Notes: generated from the letters alone by a model not told the origin. A stretch of DNA of 64,000 bases from an uncultured Clostridia bacterium (GCA_944384425.1 CALWTI010000002.1:448-64447), one strand, 5' to 3'. Shown: positions 36,559-45,747, counted from the stretch's first letter. Numbers and translations are program-made.

Positions 36559-39500
36559 ATGAAGAGTATATATACATATTACAAAGAAAGACTTATTGAA
36601 ATAAGTGGTAAAAACAGAAGTTTGTATTTAAAGTCTTTCAACAAAAAGAACGGCTATGATATTGGTAGAATTTTGACTTTTGACCAAGACAAGATTGCAA
36701 GACTTGTTGATATTTTTTGGAACGGCAAAAACGTCGTTTACACTCTTGTAGGCAAAGACACAAAAGACGACATAGTCAAAGCGTCAAACATTCAACTTAG
36801 ATTTCCAGACAAAACTTTTGAAAACGACAAAGAAAAAGCAAAGTATGAGCGTCAAAAAAGAGAGTACTCAAGGCGCGTTGTTCAAAGTGAAGTGACATCA
36901 CTCAAAGCACTCAAACGCGAAATAGACGAAATTGAAAAAGAAACGGGAAGATATGAATTGTTTTTATGCTATCCTTTTGTTTACGGAACGCTAAAAAATT
37001 ATACCTTTAAAGCACCACTTATCATGTTTCCAGTTGTCATTGATGTCGTTGACGAAAATACAGTCAACATTTATCCAAAAGCTGGTGAAAATGTTCAGTT
37101 AAACAAAGCGCTTTTACTTGCATTTAGTGATGCTCTTCACCTTAACTTAGAAGATTTGGAAATGGAGTATGATTGTCTTGGCTCACACTTCAAAGACATC
37201 TCAGCACTCATTGCATACTTAAAAGACTTTGGAATTAAAATCGAATATTCAGCAAGGAAGAAGGTTTTTGATTTTAACCACTATGGTGAACCTGGCAACC
37301 TAGACGCACCAGAAGTCAAACACACTTGTCTTCTTGCTCGTTGCAGTCTTGCAAACTCAATATACTCCGACTATTCAAGTTTGGAGAAAAAACATCTTGC
37401 AAACGACAGTATAAACGAACTTTTAAACACAAAAAAGATAAAGCACAAACAACAAAAATGTGAAAACTTGTATTTAATAAACAATGTTGACTATGCCCAA
37501 GAACAGGTTGTAAGAAAAGTCAATGAGCAGGGCAACATGGTTATATATGGCCCACCAGGTACAGGAAAAAGCCAGACCATTGTAAATGTCATTTCTGACG
37601 CAATATGCAAAGGCAAAAAAGTGCTTGTTGTTTCTCAGAAAAAGGCAGCAATGGAAGTTGTGTTCAACAGGCTTGGCAATTTGAATCAGAAAGCTATGTT
37701 TTTGATTGACGCAGAAAAAGAGAAGAGAAACTTCTACGAAAGATGTTTCAAAACGCACACCATAGCCGAAGGCATGACATATGACGAAAATTTGTTTAAA
37801 GAGTATGACGACATTACTCAAAAATTAAATAGCGAGATTAACAACTTAAACATCATATCCGATGTTTTGACACAAAAGACAGATTTTGGCATTTCTCTTC
37901 AAACAATGTACTATAACTCTTTCAAAATTGGCAAAAAGAGCGGGGAGTATTCAATATACAAAGCTATGCTCAAAGACAAGGCGCTCATGAAGCTAGACTA
38001 CGAAAAACTTTCCTCAGCACTTGAAATTGTAAATGAAAAGAACAAGGCGGAGATATATTATAACTTTGTTGAAGAAAAGAAGAAAAACCCATTCATCGAC
38101 CACCTAAAAAGTGACCTAAGCGTCCACGATGTTGCACTTGCTCAGTCCAAGCTAAGAGAACTTTGCTCAGAGCGTATGGCACTTTTTGACCTTGCAAACC
38201 ACAAATATTCACGAGAGATTTTGACATATTACTCCCGTGCAAAAAATTATCAGGACATGAAGCCACTTGCAAAGATGATTGCACGCTTTGAACAGCCAAA
38301 GACATACAGTATGTTAAAAACAAGTTATGTTGTTCTTCCTATGTACCCATTTGCAAAAGCAAAGATGAACGAAGTTGAAAACAAAATTTACGCCACCTTT
38401 AAAGACACTTTGTCGGCAATAGATGAATACATATCGGGCTATGAATTTTTGAAAAACATATTGTCAGACAGTGGCTATGTTATGGCGATAGACGGCATTT
38501 TGAACGGCAACAGTCAAATACTTAAACTTCTTTTAAACGCCGTCGAAAACTATATTGAACAAAGAGATGTTTTGACACTACTTGAAGGCCTTTCAAAAGA
38601 CCAAAAAGTTGTTTTGGACTTTGCCTATAAAAATTCAAGCAACTATGCAAAATACAAATACACGCTTGAAAAGTTGTTGCCAATAAGGATATATCACGAA
38701 GTGGTGAAATATGAGGACAGCGAAAAACAAACGCTTTCACATATTGTTGACTTTGAAAATATTCGTGCAAGAATTGTCACACTAAAACAAAAGCAAAACG
38801 AATTAAGCAAAAAGATAGCACTTCAAAGTTTTTGTCCAGAGTACCAAAAACTTATGGACGGTTCGCCAAAGAGCAAGGACTTTTTGTATCAAATCTCAAA
38901 AAAGCAAAACTTTTGGCCAATCAGAAAGACAATGGAAGTTTATGGCGACTATCTTTTCAAGCTGTTCCCATGCTGGCTACTTTCACCAGAAAATGTTTCA
39001 ACAATTTTGCCACTAAAAAAAGATATGTTTGATATTGTTTTGTTTGATGAAGCAAGTCAGGTGTTTATTGAAAACACTATACCAACAATATATCGTGGCA
39101 AAACAATAGTTGTTGCAGGTGACGCAAAGCAATTAAGGCCAACAACGACATTTATGAAAAGGTATATGGGCAGTACTGTTGACGATGATGTTGACTATTC
39201 TGTTCAGGCGGCACTTGAAGTTGAAAGTCTTTTGGATCTTGCCGTATCAAGATTTTCAAGCACGAATATTACATATCACTATCGTAGTCAAAACGAAGAG
39301 CTTATTGACTTTTCAAACAAAGCATTTTATAACAGCACACTTCAAATTGCTCCAAACATTTCTAAGAACATCAAACACAAACCAATTGAGCGTATTTTGG
39401 TAGAAGGTACATGGCGTGATAGAAAAAATGTTGTGGAAGCACAAAAAGTTGTTGACCTTGTTAAAAACATCTTAAAGACAAGAAAGAACGGCGAAACAAT

Positions 39501-40314
39501 AGGAATAATAACATTCAATGTTGAGCAGGAAAGTGCGATTGAAGATCTTATTGATAAGCAGTGCTACATAGACGAAGAGTTTAGAAGTTTGTACTTAAAA
39601 GAAACTTCAAGAATTGAAAATGGCGAAGATGTTAGTTTGTTTATCAAAAACCTTGAAAATGTGCAAGGTGATGAGCGTGACATAATCATATTCTCAATAG
39701 CATATGCAAAAAATGAGTTTGGAAAAGTCAACGCAATATTTGGTTCACTTTCAGCAGAGGGTGGAGAAAATAGACTAAATGTTGCAATAACCCGTGCAAA
39801 AAAGAAGATATATGTTGTGACAAGTATTGAGCCTGAGGAGCTTAAAGTAGACAACAGTAAGTTCATGGGGCCAAAGCTCTTAAGAAGTTATTTGGCATAT
39901 GTTCGTGCAGTGTCAAGTGGAAGTGGTGATGAAGTTAAAGTCATTTTGGACAGTGTCGGCGGTGGAACACATATTGAAAGCAAAAAGCCACTTGGACTTT
40001 TGCCAATGGAAAATCAGATTGCAGAAAAATTGAATAAACTCGGCTACAAGACAGAAATAGATATTGGAAATTCAAACAGCAAAATATCAGTTGCAGTCTA
40101 TGACCGCAAAAAAGATAGATATATTCTTGGAATTGAAACCGACCAATCTGCAATTGCGTCATCAAAATCGACGCTTGAAAGAGATGTCTTTAAAAATCAG
40201 TTTTTGACACAAAAAGGTTGGAATATGCTTCGAGTATGGTCAAGAGATTGGTGGCATAACGCTCATCAAGTTATGACAACAATTACAAAAACACTAGAAA
40301 AATTGCAAAAATAG
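36559..40314 (+). CDS. Upf1/DNA2-like SF1 helicase fused to a DUF4011-like N-terminus and a C-terminal Vsr/DUF559-like endonuclease fold
   Basis: The 1251 aa ORF has the N-terminal segment LIEISGKNRSLYLKSF. Its motifs are Walker A MVIYGPPGTGKSQTIVNVI, motif II VLFDEASQV, motif III VVAGDAKQLRPT and motif VI RLNVAITRAKKKIYVV. The C-terminus reads ...ILGIETD...FLTQKGWNMLRVWSRDWW. Confidence 0.75.
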   Translation: MKSIYTYYKERLIEISGKNRSLYLKSFNKKNGYDIGRILTFDQDKIARLVDIFWNGKNVVYTLVGKDTKDDIVKASNIQLRFPDKTFENDKEKAKYERQKREYSRRVVQSEVTSLKALKREIDEIEKETGRYELFLCYPFVYGTLKNYTFKAPLIMFPVVIDVVDENTVNIYPKAGENVQLNKALLLAFSDALHLNLEDLEMEYDCLGSHFKDISALIAYLKDFGIKIEYSARKKVFDFNHYGEPGNLDAPEVKHTCLLARCSLANSIYSDYSSLEKKHLANDSINELLNTKKIKHKQQKCENLYLINNVDYAQEQVVRKVNEQGNMVIYGPPGTGKSQTIVNVISDAICKGKKVLVVSQKKAAMEVVFNRLGNLNQKAMFLIDAEKEKRNFYERCFKTHTIAEGMTYDENLFKEYDDITQKLNSEINNLNIISDVLTQKTDFGISLQTMYYNSFKIGKKSGEYSIYKAMLKDKALMKLDYEKLSSALEIVNEKNKAEIYYNFVEEKKKNPFIDHLKSDLSVHDVALAQSKLRELCSERMALFDLANHKYSREILTYYSRAKNYQDMKPLAKMIARFEQPKTYSMLKTSYVVLPMYPFAKAKMNEVENKIYATFKDTLSAIDEYISGYEFLKNILSDSGYVMAIDGILNGNSQILKLLLNAVENYIEQRDVLTLLEGLSKDQKVVLDFAYKNSSNYAKYKYTLEKLLPIRIYHEVVKYEDSEKQTLSHIVDFENIRARIVTLKQKQNELSKKIALQSFCPEYQKLMDGSPKSKDFLYQISKKQNFWPIRKTMEVYGDYLFKLFPCWLLSPENVSTILPLKKDMFDIVLFDEASQVFIENTIPTIYRGKTIVVAGDAKQLRPTTTFMKRYMGSTVDDDVDYSVQAALEVESLLDLAVSRFSSTNITYHYRSQNEELIDFSNKAFYNSTLQIAPNISKNIKHKPIERILVEGTWRDRKNVVEAQKVVDLVKNILKTRKNGETIGIITFNVEQESAIEDLIDKQCYIDEEFRSLYLKETSRIENGEDVSLFIKNLENVQGDERDIIIFSIAYAKNEFGKVNAIFGSLSAEGGENRLNVAITRAKKKIYVVTSIEPEELKVDNSKFMGPKLLRSYLAYVRAVSSGSGDEVKVILDSVGGGTHIESKKPLGLLPMENQIAEKLNKLGYKTEIDIGNSNSKISVAVYDRKKDRYILGIETDQSAIASSKSTLERDVFKNQFLTQKGWNMLRVWSRDWWHNAHQVMTTITKTLEKLQK

Positions 40315-40502
40315 TAATAATTTTTAATATTTATTGTTGAAAAACAAATATTAAAAAAAATAATTTAAAATAATAAAAAATAAATATTATTTCGACAAAA
40401 TAAAATTATTAAAAATTGGTATTGACAAAAAAATATAATTATTTTATTATTTTAATGTCGATTGAAATAATTTAAATTAAAAAAAAGGAGAGCCATTTAA
40501 AA

Positions 40503-40580
40503 ATGGAGAAAAAACAAACAAATAAAAAAAATACAAACAAAAAAATAAGTCATGCGAATGGCACTTCTTTTAAGATATAA
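40503..40580 (+). CDS. Candidate 25-aa lysine-rich peptide upstream of an ABC exporter
   Basis: An RBS AAGGAGAG lies 9 nt before the ATG. The product is MEKKQTNKKNTNKKISHANGTSFKI. A TTGACA/TATTAT-like promoter sits in the AT-rich tract upstream. There is no homology support. Confidence 0.3.
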   Translation: MEKKQTNKKNTNKKISHANGTSFKI

Positions 40581-40639
40581 TTTATAATACAAAATCTTAA
40601 AAAATACCTTCGTATGTAAAATTGATATGGAGGTTTTTT

Positions 40640-42454
40640 ATGAGAAAAAATATAATTGAAAAGAAAAATAATATTAGTATTTGGAAATATTTAAAAAATT
40701 ATAAATTTGGTATTTCCATGTATTTAATTGTTTACGCTTTAGCAGCAACTGCGAATATTTTTATTACAATTTTTTTTGCAAAATCTGTTGAACAAATAAC
40801 ATTCAAGTTGTACCAAAAAGGGATAGTGACTCTTTTAATTGCAATTGGAATTTATGTTGTCCGTCGAATTTCATGGTATACGTCAGGATTAATTTATAAC
40901 AAATACGCATATCAAATTATGTCAGATCTTAACATTGACTTATCAAAGCGTGCTTTTAAACTGACTTCAAAAACATATTCCGACAATGACACAGGCACTT
41001 TTGTTCAAAGAATTGTTAATGATCCAGAAAGAATAGTGTCCACGCTTTCAGATGTCGTTGACCTCTTGTCCAACACTATTTCATCGTTTATTATGGTTGT
41101 GTATATTTCGTTTCTTAACGTTTATATTGGTTTGGCTTTATTGACTATTATTCTTTTCTGTTTTGTTATTGAGTATTTTCGAAGCAAGGCACTTAGGAAA
41201 AATCAACGAGTTGCAAGGAAAAAGGGAGATAAAATAAATTCACTAACTACAGAGATAGTTCGAAGTGAAAAAGATATAAAAGCACTTGGTCTTGAAATTT
41301 CATTAAGTAAGGTGTCAAGTCAATACTATATTGATTACAAAAAAGCCAACGCAAAAAGAGATGTTGTGAATATGAATTTCTATTCCACGCGAAATCTCAT
41401 TATAGAAGTTTTTGGTGGACTACTACTTGTTCTGGGTATATATTTTATTGATATTGGAACAATTACACTTGCGACATATATGATTGTATATTCAAATAAC
41501 GGAAATTTATATTCGCTTATTTGGGGTTTTGGTGAAATATTTACGACTATTGTTGAAATCAGAGTTTGCTCTGAACGAATGTTCTCAATTTTTGATGACG
41601 AAATATTTGAGTGCGAAAAGTTCGGAAAAGTCAGTGCTTCAAAATTAAAAGGTGAAATTGAATTTAGAAATGTTGGATATTCATATGTTGAATATGACAA
41701 TCCATACAACGACGAAAATACTTTCAAATTAAAGAAAAAAGACAGGGTAAAGTTAAAGAAAAAAGTTGTTTCTGTCAACAAGATTTTCGACAATTTATCA
41801 TTTAAAATAAAGCCTAATACAACTGTGGCTTTTGTCGGCAAGTCAGGCTCTGGCAAGTCCACCATTTTAAATTTGATGAGCAAAATGTATGTTGTTGATG
41901 AGGGCGAGATACTCATTGACGGAATAAACATCAACGACCTTGACAAACAATCGCTAAGGAGTAACATTTCACTTGTAAATCAATTTCCATACATATTCGA
42001 TATGACAATAAAAGAAAACTTGCTTCTTGCCAAAAACAATGCAACTGACGAAGAAATTTATCAAGCATTAGACAAAGCGTCGCTAAAAGAGTTTGTCGAC
42101 TCGCTTCCTAATAAAATCAATACAAAGGTTGGCGAGAGCGGAATAAAACTTTCAGGCGGACAAAAACAGCGTTTAGCAATTGCAAGGGCACTTCTTAGAA
42201 ATTCCAGCATAATCATTTTTGATGAAAGCACAAGCTCGCTTGACAACATAGCACAAAACGACATAAAAAAGAGCATTGACGGACTAAAAGGGAAGAGTAC
42301 AGTTGTGATTGTTGCGCACAGGCTTTCAACAATAAAAGATGCCGACAAAATTTTCTTCTTGGACGAAGGCAAGATTATCGACACTGGCACATTTGACGAA
42401 CTTTTTAGCAATAACGAAAAGTTTAGGACAATGTTTTTGGCAGAAAATATTTAA
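40640..42454 (+). CDS. ABC transporter, fused permease and ATP-binding protein (exporter type)
   Basis: The N-terminal 6-TM domain is followed by Walker A GKSGSGKST, the signature LSGGQKQRLAIARAL and Walker B IIIFDESTSSLD. An RBS GGAGG favours the ATG at 40640. Confidence 0.9.
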   Translation: MRKNIIEKKNNISIWKYLKNYKFGISMYLIVYALAATANIFITIFFAKSVEQITFKLYQKGIVTLLIAIGIYVVRRISWYTSGLIYNKYAYQIMSDLNIDLSKRAFKLTSKTYSDNDTGTFVQRIVNDPERIVSTLSDVVDLLSNTISSFIMVVYISFLNVYIGLALLTIILFCFVIEYFRSKALRKNQRVARKKGDKINSLTTEIVRSEKDIKALGLEISLSKVSSQYYIDYKKANAKRDVVNMNFYSTRNLIIEVFGGLLLVLGIYFIDIGTITLATYMIVYSNNGNLYSLIWGFGEIFTTIVEIRVCSERMFSIFDDEIFECEKFGKVSASKLKGEIEFRNVGYSYVEYDNPYNDENTFKLKKKDRVKLKKKVVSVNKIFDNLSFKIKPNTTVAFVGKSGSGKSTILNLMSKMYVVDEGEILIDGININDLDKQSLRSNISLVNQFPYIFDMTIKENLLLAKNNATDEEIYQALDKASLKEFVDSLPNKINTKVGESGIKLSGGQKQRLAIARALLRNSSIIIFDESTSSLDNIAQNDIKKSIDGLKGKSTVVIVAHRLSTIKDADKIFFLDEGKIIDTGTFDELFSNNEKFRTMFLAENI

Positions 42455-42506
42455 CTACAAAAAAAGATAGAGTAAACAACACTATCTCGGCGTGTAGACA
42501 AACAAT

Positions 42507-42656
42507 CAGACTGCCGAAAAACAAGTGAGGCGAGGCTCGCAAAATGCCCAAAAGCAGGAGTTTAGTTACCTAAATGACTGTTTTTGGGCGTTTTGCAGTA
42601 AACAAAGCAAGAAAAAATTTTAAATTTTTTCGGTCACGAAGGTTTTCGACAGTCTG
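42507..42656 (-). repeat. Structured intergenic element, copy e (type II arms, most complete copy)
   Basis: The outer stem pairs CAGACTGCCGAAAA with GTTTTCGACAGTCTG. The plus strand reads GAGGCTC-GCAAAATGCCCAAAAGCAG-GAGTTTAGTTACCTAAATGA-CTGTTTTTGGGCGTTTTGC-AGTAAACAAAGCAAG. Confidence 0.8.
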
Positions 42657-42682
42657 AGATAGCGTAAATAACGCTATCTTTT

Positions 42683-44041
42683 TCACATTCCAAAAAATGC
42701 TTTGTAGCATAAATAACTTTCATAAATATCTACCTTTGCCGTTATTTCCCAAGGTGCGTGCATACTAAGGACAGGCACTCCTGCATCAATAACTTCCATA
42801 CCATATCCTGCCATAATATAGGCGATTGTACCACCGCCACCGGCGTCAACTTTGCCCATCTCTGTGGCTTGGTAGCCAACGCCATTTTTGTCAAGGACAT
42901 TTCTAAGGCTTGCAATGAATTCAGGATTTGCGTCATTTGCACCGCTTTTGCCTTTGCTTCCCGTGTATTTATTGAATGAAATACCTCTGCCAAGGTGTGC
43001 TTCGGTTGCTTCATTCATAGGTGTTGGATAGTTTGGGTCATAACCCGCCGTCACATCGCTTGAAAGCATACGAGATTTGTTCAACGCTCTTCTCATACTC
43101 AGTTCGCTGTATTGTCCACAAAGGTTCATCACTTCTGCTATGCTGTTCTCAAAAAACTTACTGCTCATTCCAGTTGCGCCAACACTGCCAATTTCTTCTT
43201 TGTCAACAAAAAGGCATACGCTTGTGTGCATAGGGTTTTCAATCTCCATCATTGCTCTAAGTGAAGCATATGCACAAGATCTGTCGTCTTGACCATATGC
43301 CATAATCATACTTTTATCAAGACCAAAGTCACGCGCCTTGCCACTTGGCACTACTTCAATCTCGGCACTGAATAAGTCTTCTTCGTCAATGTCGTACGAT
43401 TTTAATATTTTCAATATGTTCGCCTTAACTTTGTCTTCTTTTTGTGACATATCTGGCGTTGAGCCAACAAGGATATTTAGGTCTTCGCCCTGAATTTCAA
43501 TTTTCTTTGTCTTTTCAAGGTGAGGGAGAAGGTCAGAAATTCCAACCACGCCGTCATTTTCATCTTCGCCATACACAAAAGTGATTTTTTTGCCGTCTTT
43601 TTTAACAACTGTGCCGTGAATGGCAAGGGGAAGAGTTGTCCATTGATACTTCTTTATTCCGCCATAGTAGTGCGTGTCGAGTAGACATAGCCCGTTGTTC
43701 TCATAGACAGGGTTTGCTTTAAGGTCAAGACGGGGACTGTCAATGTGCGAGCCAACAAAGTTAAGACCGTGCATCATTTCGTGCTTTCCTATTACCATGA
43801 GCATCATTGCCTTGCCCATGTTTACGGCGTACACTTTGTCACCGCTTTTGAGTTTTGTGTTGTTTTTTAGCGCTTCGTTAAGACTGATATACCCGTGGTC
43901 AACTGCCATCTTTGTTATATAGTCTATGCACTCACGCTCTGTTTTGCAAGTTGACAAAAAGTTTTTGTAGTCATTGCAAAAACTTTCCATATCTCTTTTT
44001 TTGTCGTCGCTATACTTTGAAATAACATTTTCTTTGTTCAT
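42683..44041 (-). CDS. M18-family aminopeptidase
   Basis: The 452 aa ORF has GSHIDSPRLDLK, a conserved Asp/Glu metal-ligand pattern (DKEEIGS) and C-terminal MHAPWE. Confidence 0.8.
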   Translation of the reverse strand: MNKENVISKYSDDKKRDMESFCNDYKNFLSTCKTERECIDYITKMAVDHGYISLNEALKNNTKLKSGDKVYAVNMGKAMMLMVIGKHEMMHGLNFVGSHIDSPRLDLKANPVYENNGLCLLDTHYYGGIKKYQWTTLPLAIHGTVVKKDGKKITFVYGEDENDGVVGISDLLPHLEKTKKIEIQGEDLNILVGSTPDMSQKEDKVKANILKILKSYDIDEEDLFSAEIEVVPSGKARDFGLDKSMIMAYGQDDRSCAYASLRAMMEIENPMHTSVCLFVDKEEIGSVGATGMSSKFFENSIAEVMNLCGQYSELSMRRALNKSRMLSSDVTAGYDPNYPTPMNEATEAHLGRGISFNKYTGSKGKSGANDANPEFIASLRNVLDKNGVGYQATEMGKVDAGGGGTIAYIMAGYGMEVIDAGVPVLSMHAPWEITAKVDIYESYLCYKAFFGM

Positions 44042-44082
44042 TTTTTCTCCTTATAAACAAATTTAGTATTGCCAAATATTTA

Positions 44083-44823
44083 CTAATTATCTCTCGACCT
44101 TAAAAGGAAGAATAGGACAAATCTCAAAAGTTCCAAAATTGACACAACAAGTCCGGCAACATATGTCATTGCGGCAGAAGAAAGCACTTTTTTGCAACCT
44201 TTGACTTCCATCTCGTCAACACAACCCGTTGACACCAAAAGTTTCAAAGCCCTGTTTGACGCATTAAATTCGACGGGCAAGGTGACCAAACTAAATAGTG
44301 TACTGACGCCAAAGAATGCGACACCTATCCACAAAAAAGACTTTCCAACAACTCCGCCAACATATGCAACGTCTAGTATTATGCCGATAAATATGAGTGG
44401 CCAAACAAAAAAGCTCATAAAGTTGCTAACATATGCGAGCGCCGTTCTTATCTTCATAGGGGCATAGCCTTTTGCATACTGCACTGCATGCCCTGTTTCG
44501 TGTGCTGCGACGCCGATTGAAGATATGCTTGTTCCGTCATATACCTTGTTTGAAAGCGTTATTATTTTTGTTTTTGGGTTGAAGTTGTCCACAAGTTCGT
44601 TTGTGTGACCTTTTTGAATTTGTACATCAAAAATACCTTCTGCCTCCAAAATCTTTTGTGCAACCTGTGCACCTGTTAAACCCTTCGACGAAAGCACTTG
44701 CTCGTATTTACTAAAAGTTGTTTTAACGCGTGCACTTGCAATCATTGCAAATATGAGCCCAGGGATTAAAATTATGCCCATGAGCGTGTATTCCAAATAT
44801 TCTGGTGAAAATAAAATCCACAT
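44083..44823 (-). CDS. YugP-type putative neutral zinc metallopeptidase
   Basis: The motif VAAHETGHAVQY is present and TM segments flank it. Confidence 0.8.
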   Translation of the reverse strand: MWILFSPEYLEYTLMGIILIPGLIFAMIASARVKTTFSKYEQVLSSKGLTGAQVAQKILEAEGIFDVQIQKGHTNELVDNFNPKTKIITLSNKVYDGTSISSIGVAAHETGHAVQYAKGYAPMKIRTALAYVSNFMSFFVWPLIFIGIILDVAYVGGVVGKSFLWIGVAFFGVSTLFSLVTLPVEFNASNRALKLLVSTGCVDEMEVKGCKKVLSSAAMTYVAGLVVSILELLRFVLFFLLRSRDN

Positions 44824-44832
44824 ATTAACCTC

Positions 44833-45540
44833 CTAATAAAAATCATATTTATTGACAAGCATTGTCCATTTGAGCATACTTTTCAAAAACGATGCAATAT
44901 ATGTCAATTTTGCCGCATTAAGCACTTTTCTTGCATATTTTACTTGATTTTCATCAAAATTTGCGTATTTTTGTAAAAGTTTGATGCCATTTTCTGATGC
45001 TTCTTTTTCAATTTTGATTGTGCTAAGCTTTGTCATAAGTCCAATTAAAAACATTATTACGCTAAGTGAAAGCACTGAAATTGCTACTATTATATTAAAG
45101 AATATACATATTATTCCGATAACAAAAAGTGGTAAAGTAAATTTTGAAATGGTGTTCGAAAGCATAACTTTCTTGCCAAACTTTTTCATTTTTTGTGGTT
45201 CGTCACGGTACTGCATTGCATGTCCAAGTTCGTGAGCACAAACTGAAAAGGCAGATATGTTGCTTGCACTTGCAACGCGCGGGGAAAGGTGAATTGTTCC
45301 GCGATAGTAATAGTCGCTTAAAAACCCGTTAGCTGTGCCAACTTTGATTGATCCCATAAACTCGCCATAAGATATATTTTTTGCAAGCGTCATGGTGTCA
45401 AAAAAGTCAGCGTTATACTTTTCGTACTTTTCAAAAACCGTCACCAAATTACTGCCGGCATAATTGGCTATTGCAAGACAAACTACAATAACCAAAACCA
45501 AAACGCCAATAAGCGAATACAAAACAATGTTTAGAATCAT
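44833..45540 (-). CDS. YugP-type putative zinc metallopeptidase, tandem paralog
   Basis: The motif CAHELGHAMQY is present. I moved the start to the ATG at 45540 (MILNIVLYSLIG...). The track extension to 45720 runs antisense through the tRNA-Leu gene. Confidence 0.75.
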   Translation of the reverse strand: MILNIVLYSLIGVLVLVIVVCLAIANYAGSNLVTVFEKYEKYNADFFDTMTLAKNISYGEFMGSIKVGTANGFLSDYYYRGTIHLSPRVASASNISAFSVCAHELGHAMQYRDEPQKMKKFGKKVMLSNTISKFTLPLFVIGIICIFFNIIVAISVLSLSVIMFLIGLMTKLSTIKIEKEASENGIKLLQKYANFDENQVKYARKVLNAAKLTYIASFLKSMLKWTMLVNKYDFY

Positions 45541-45637
45541 ATTTATATTATTGTGCAAAACACAAAAAATTGTCAAATATTTTGATATGACCGCTTGACA
45601 ATGGTGTAAAAAAGATGTTATTATACTGTTGCATTTT

Positions 45638-45719
45638 GCGAGTGTGGCGGAATGGCAGACGCGCTTGTTTAAGGGGCAAGTGGGAAACCGTATGGGTTCA
45701 AGTCCCGTCACTCGCACCA
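45638..45719 (+). tRNA. tRNA-Leu with anticodon AAG (class II, encoded CCA)
   Basis: I folded it by hand. The acceptor pairs GCGAGTG with CACTCGC. The anticodon stem pairs CTTGT with GCAAG and the loop is TT-AAG-GG. The short variable arm is GG-GAAA-CC. The T-arm is ATGGG-TTCAAGT-CCCGT. Confidence 0.8.
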
Positions 45720-45727
45720 AAAGAAAA

Positions 45728-45747
45728 AGACCGAAAGGTCTTTTTTT
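45728..45747 (+). terminator. Terminator after tRNA-Leu
   Basis: The hairpin AGACC-GAAA-GGTCT is followed by T7. Confidence 0.65.

Noticed and set aside
42507-42656. Integron attC sites or a known self-cleaving ribozyme as an explanation of the repeat family
   Set aside because: There are no RYYYAAC/GTTRRRY core sites and no intI gene. The conserved parts are the loop and single-stranded flanks, not the base of the stem. I could find no CUGAUGA/GAAA hammerhead core or other ribozyme signature.
44083-45540. The tandem YugP-type zinc peptidase genes as a novel system
   Set aside because: This looks like a simple tandem paralog pair of a common housekeeping-type family. Nothing else is unusual at the locus.
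45541-45720. N-terminal 60-aa extension of the YugP-like ORF (track start 45720)
   Set aside because: The extension runs antisense through the tRNA-Leu gene. The ATG at 45540 begins directly with the transmembrane helix, as in the paralog.
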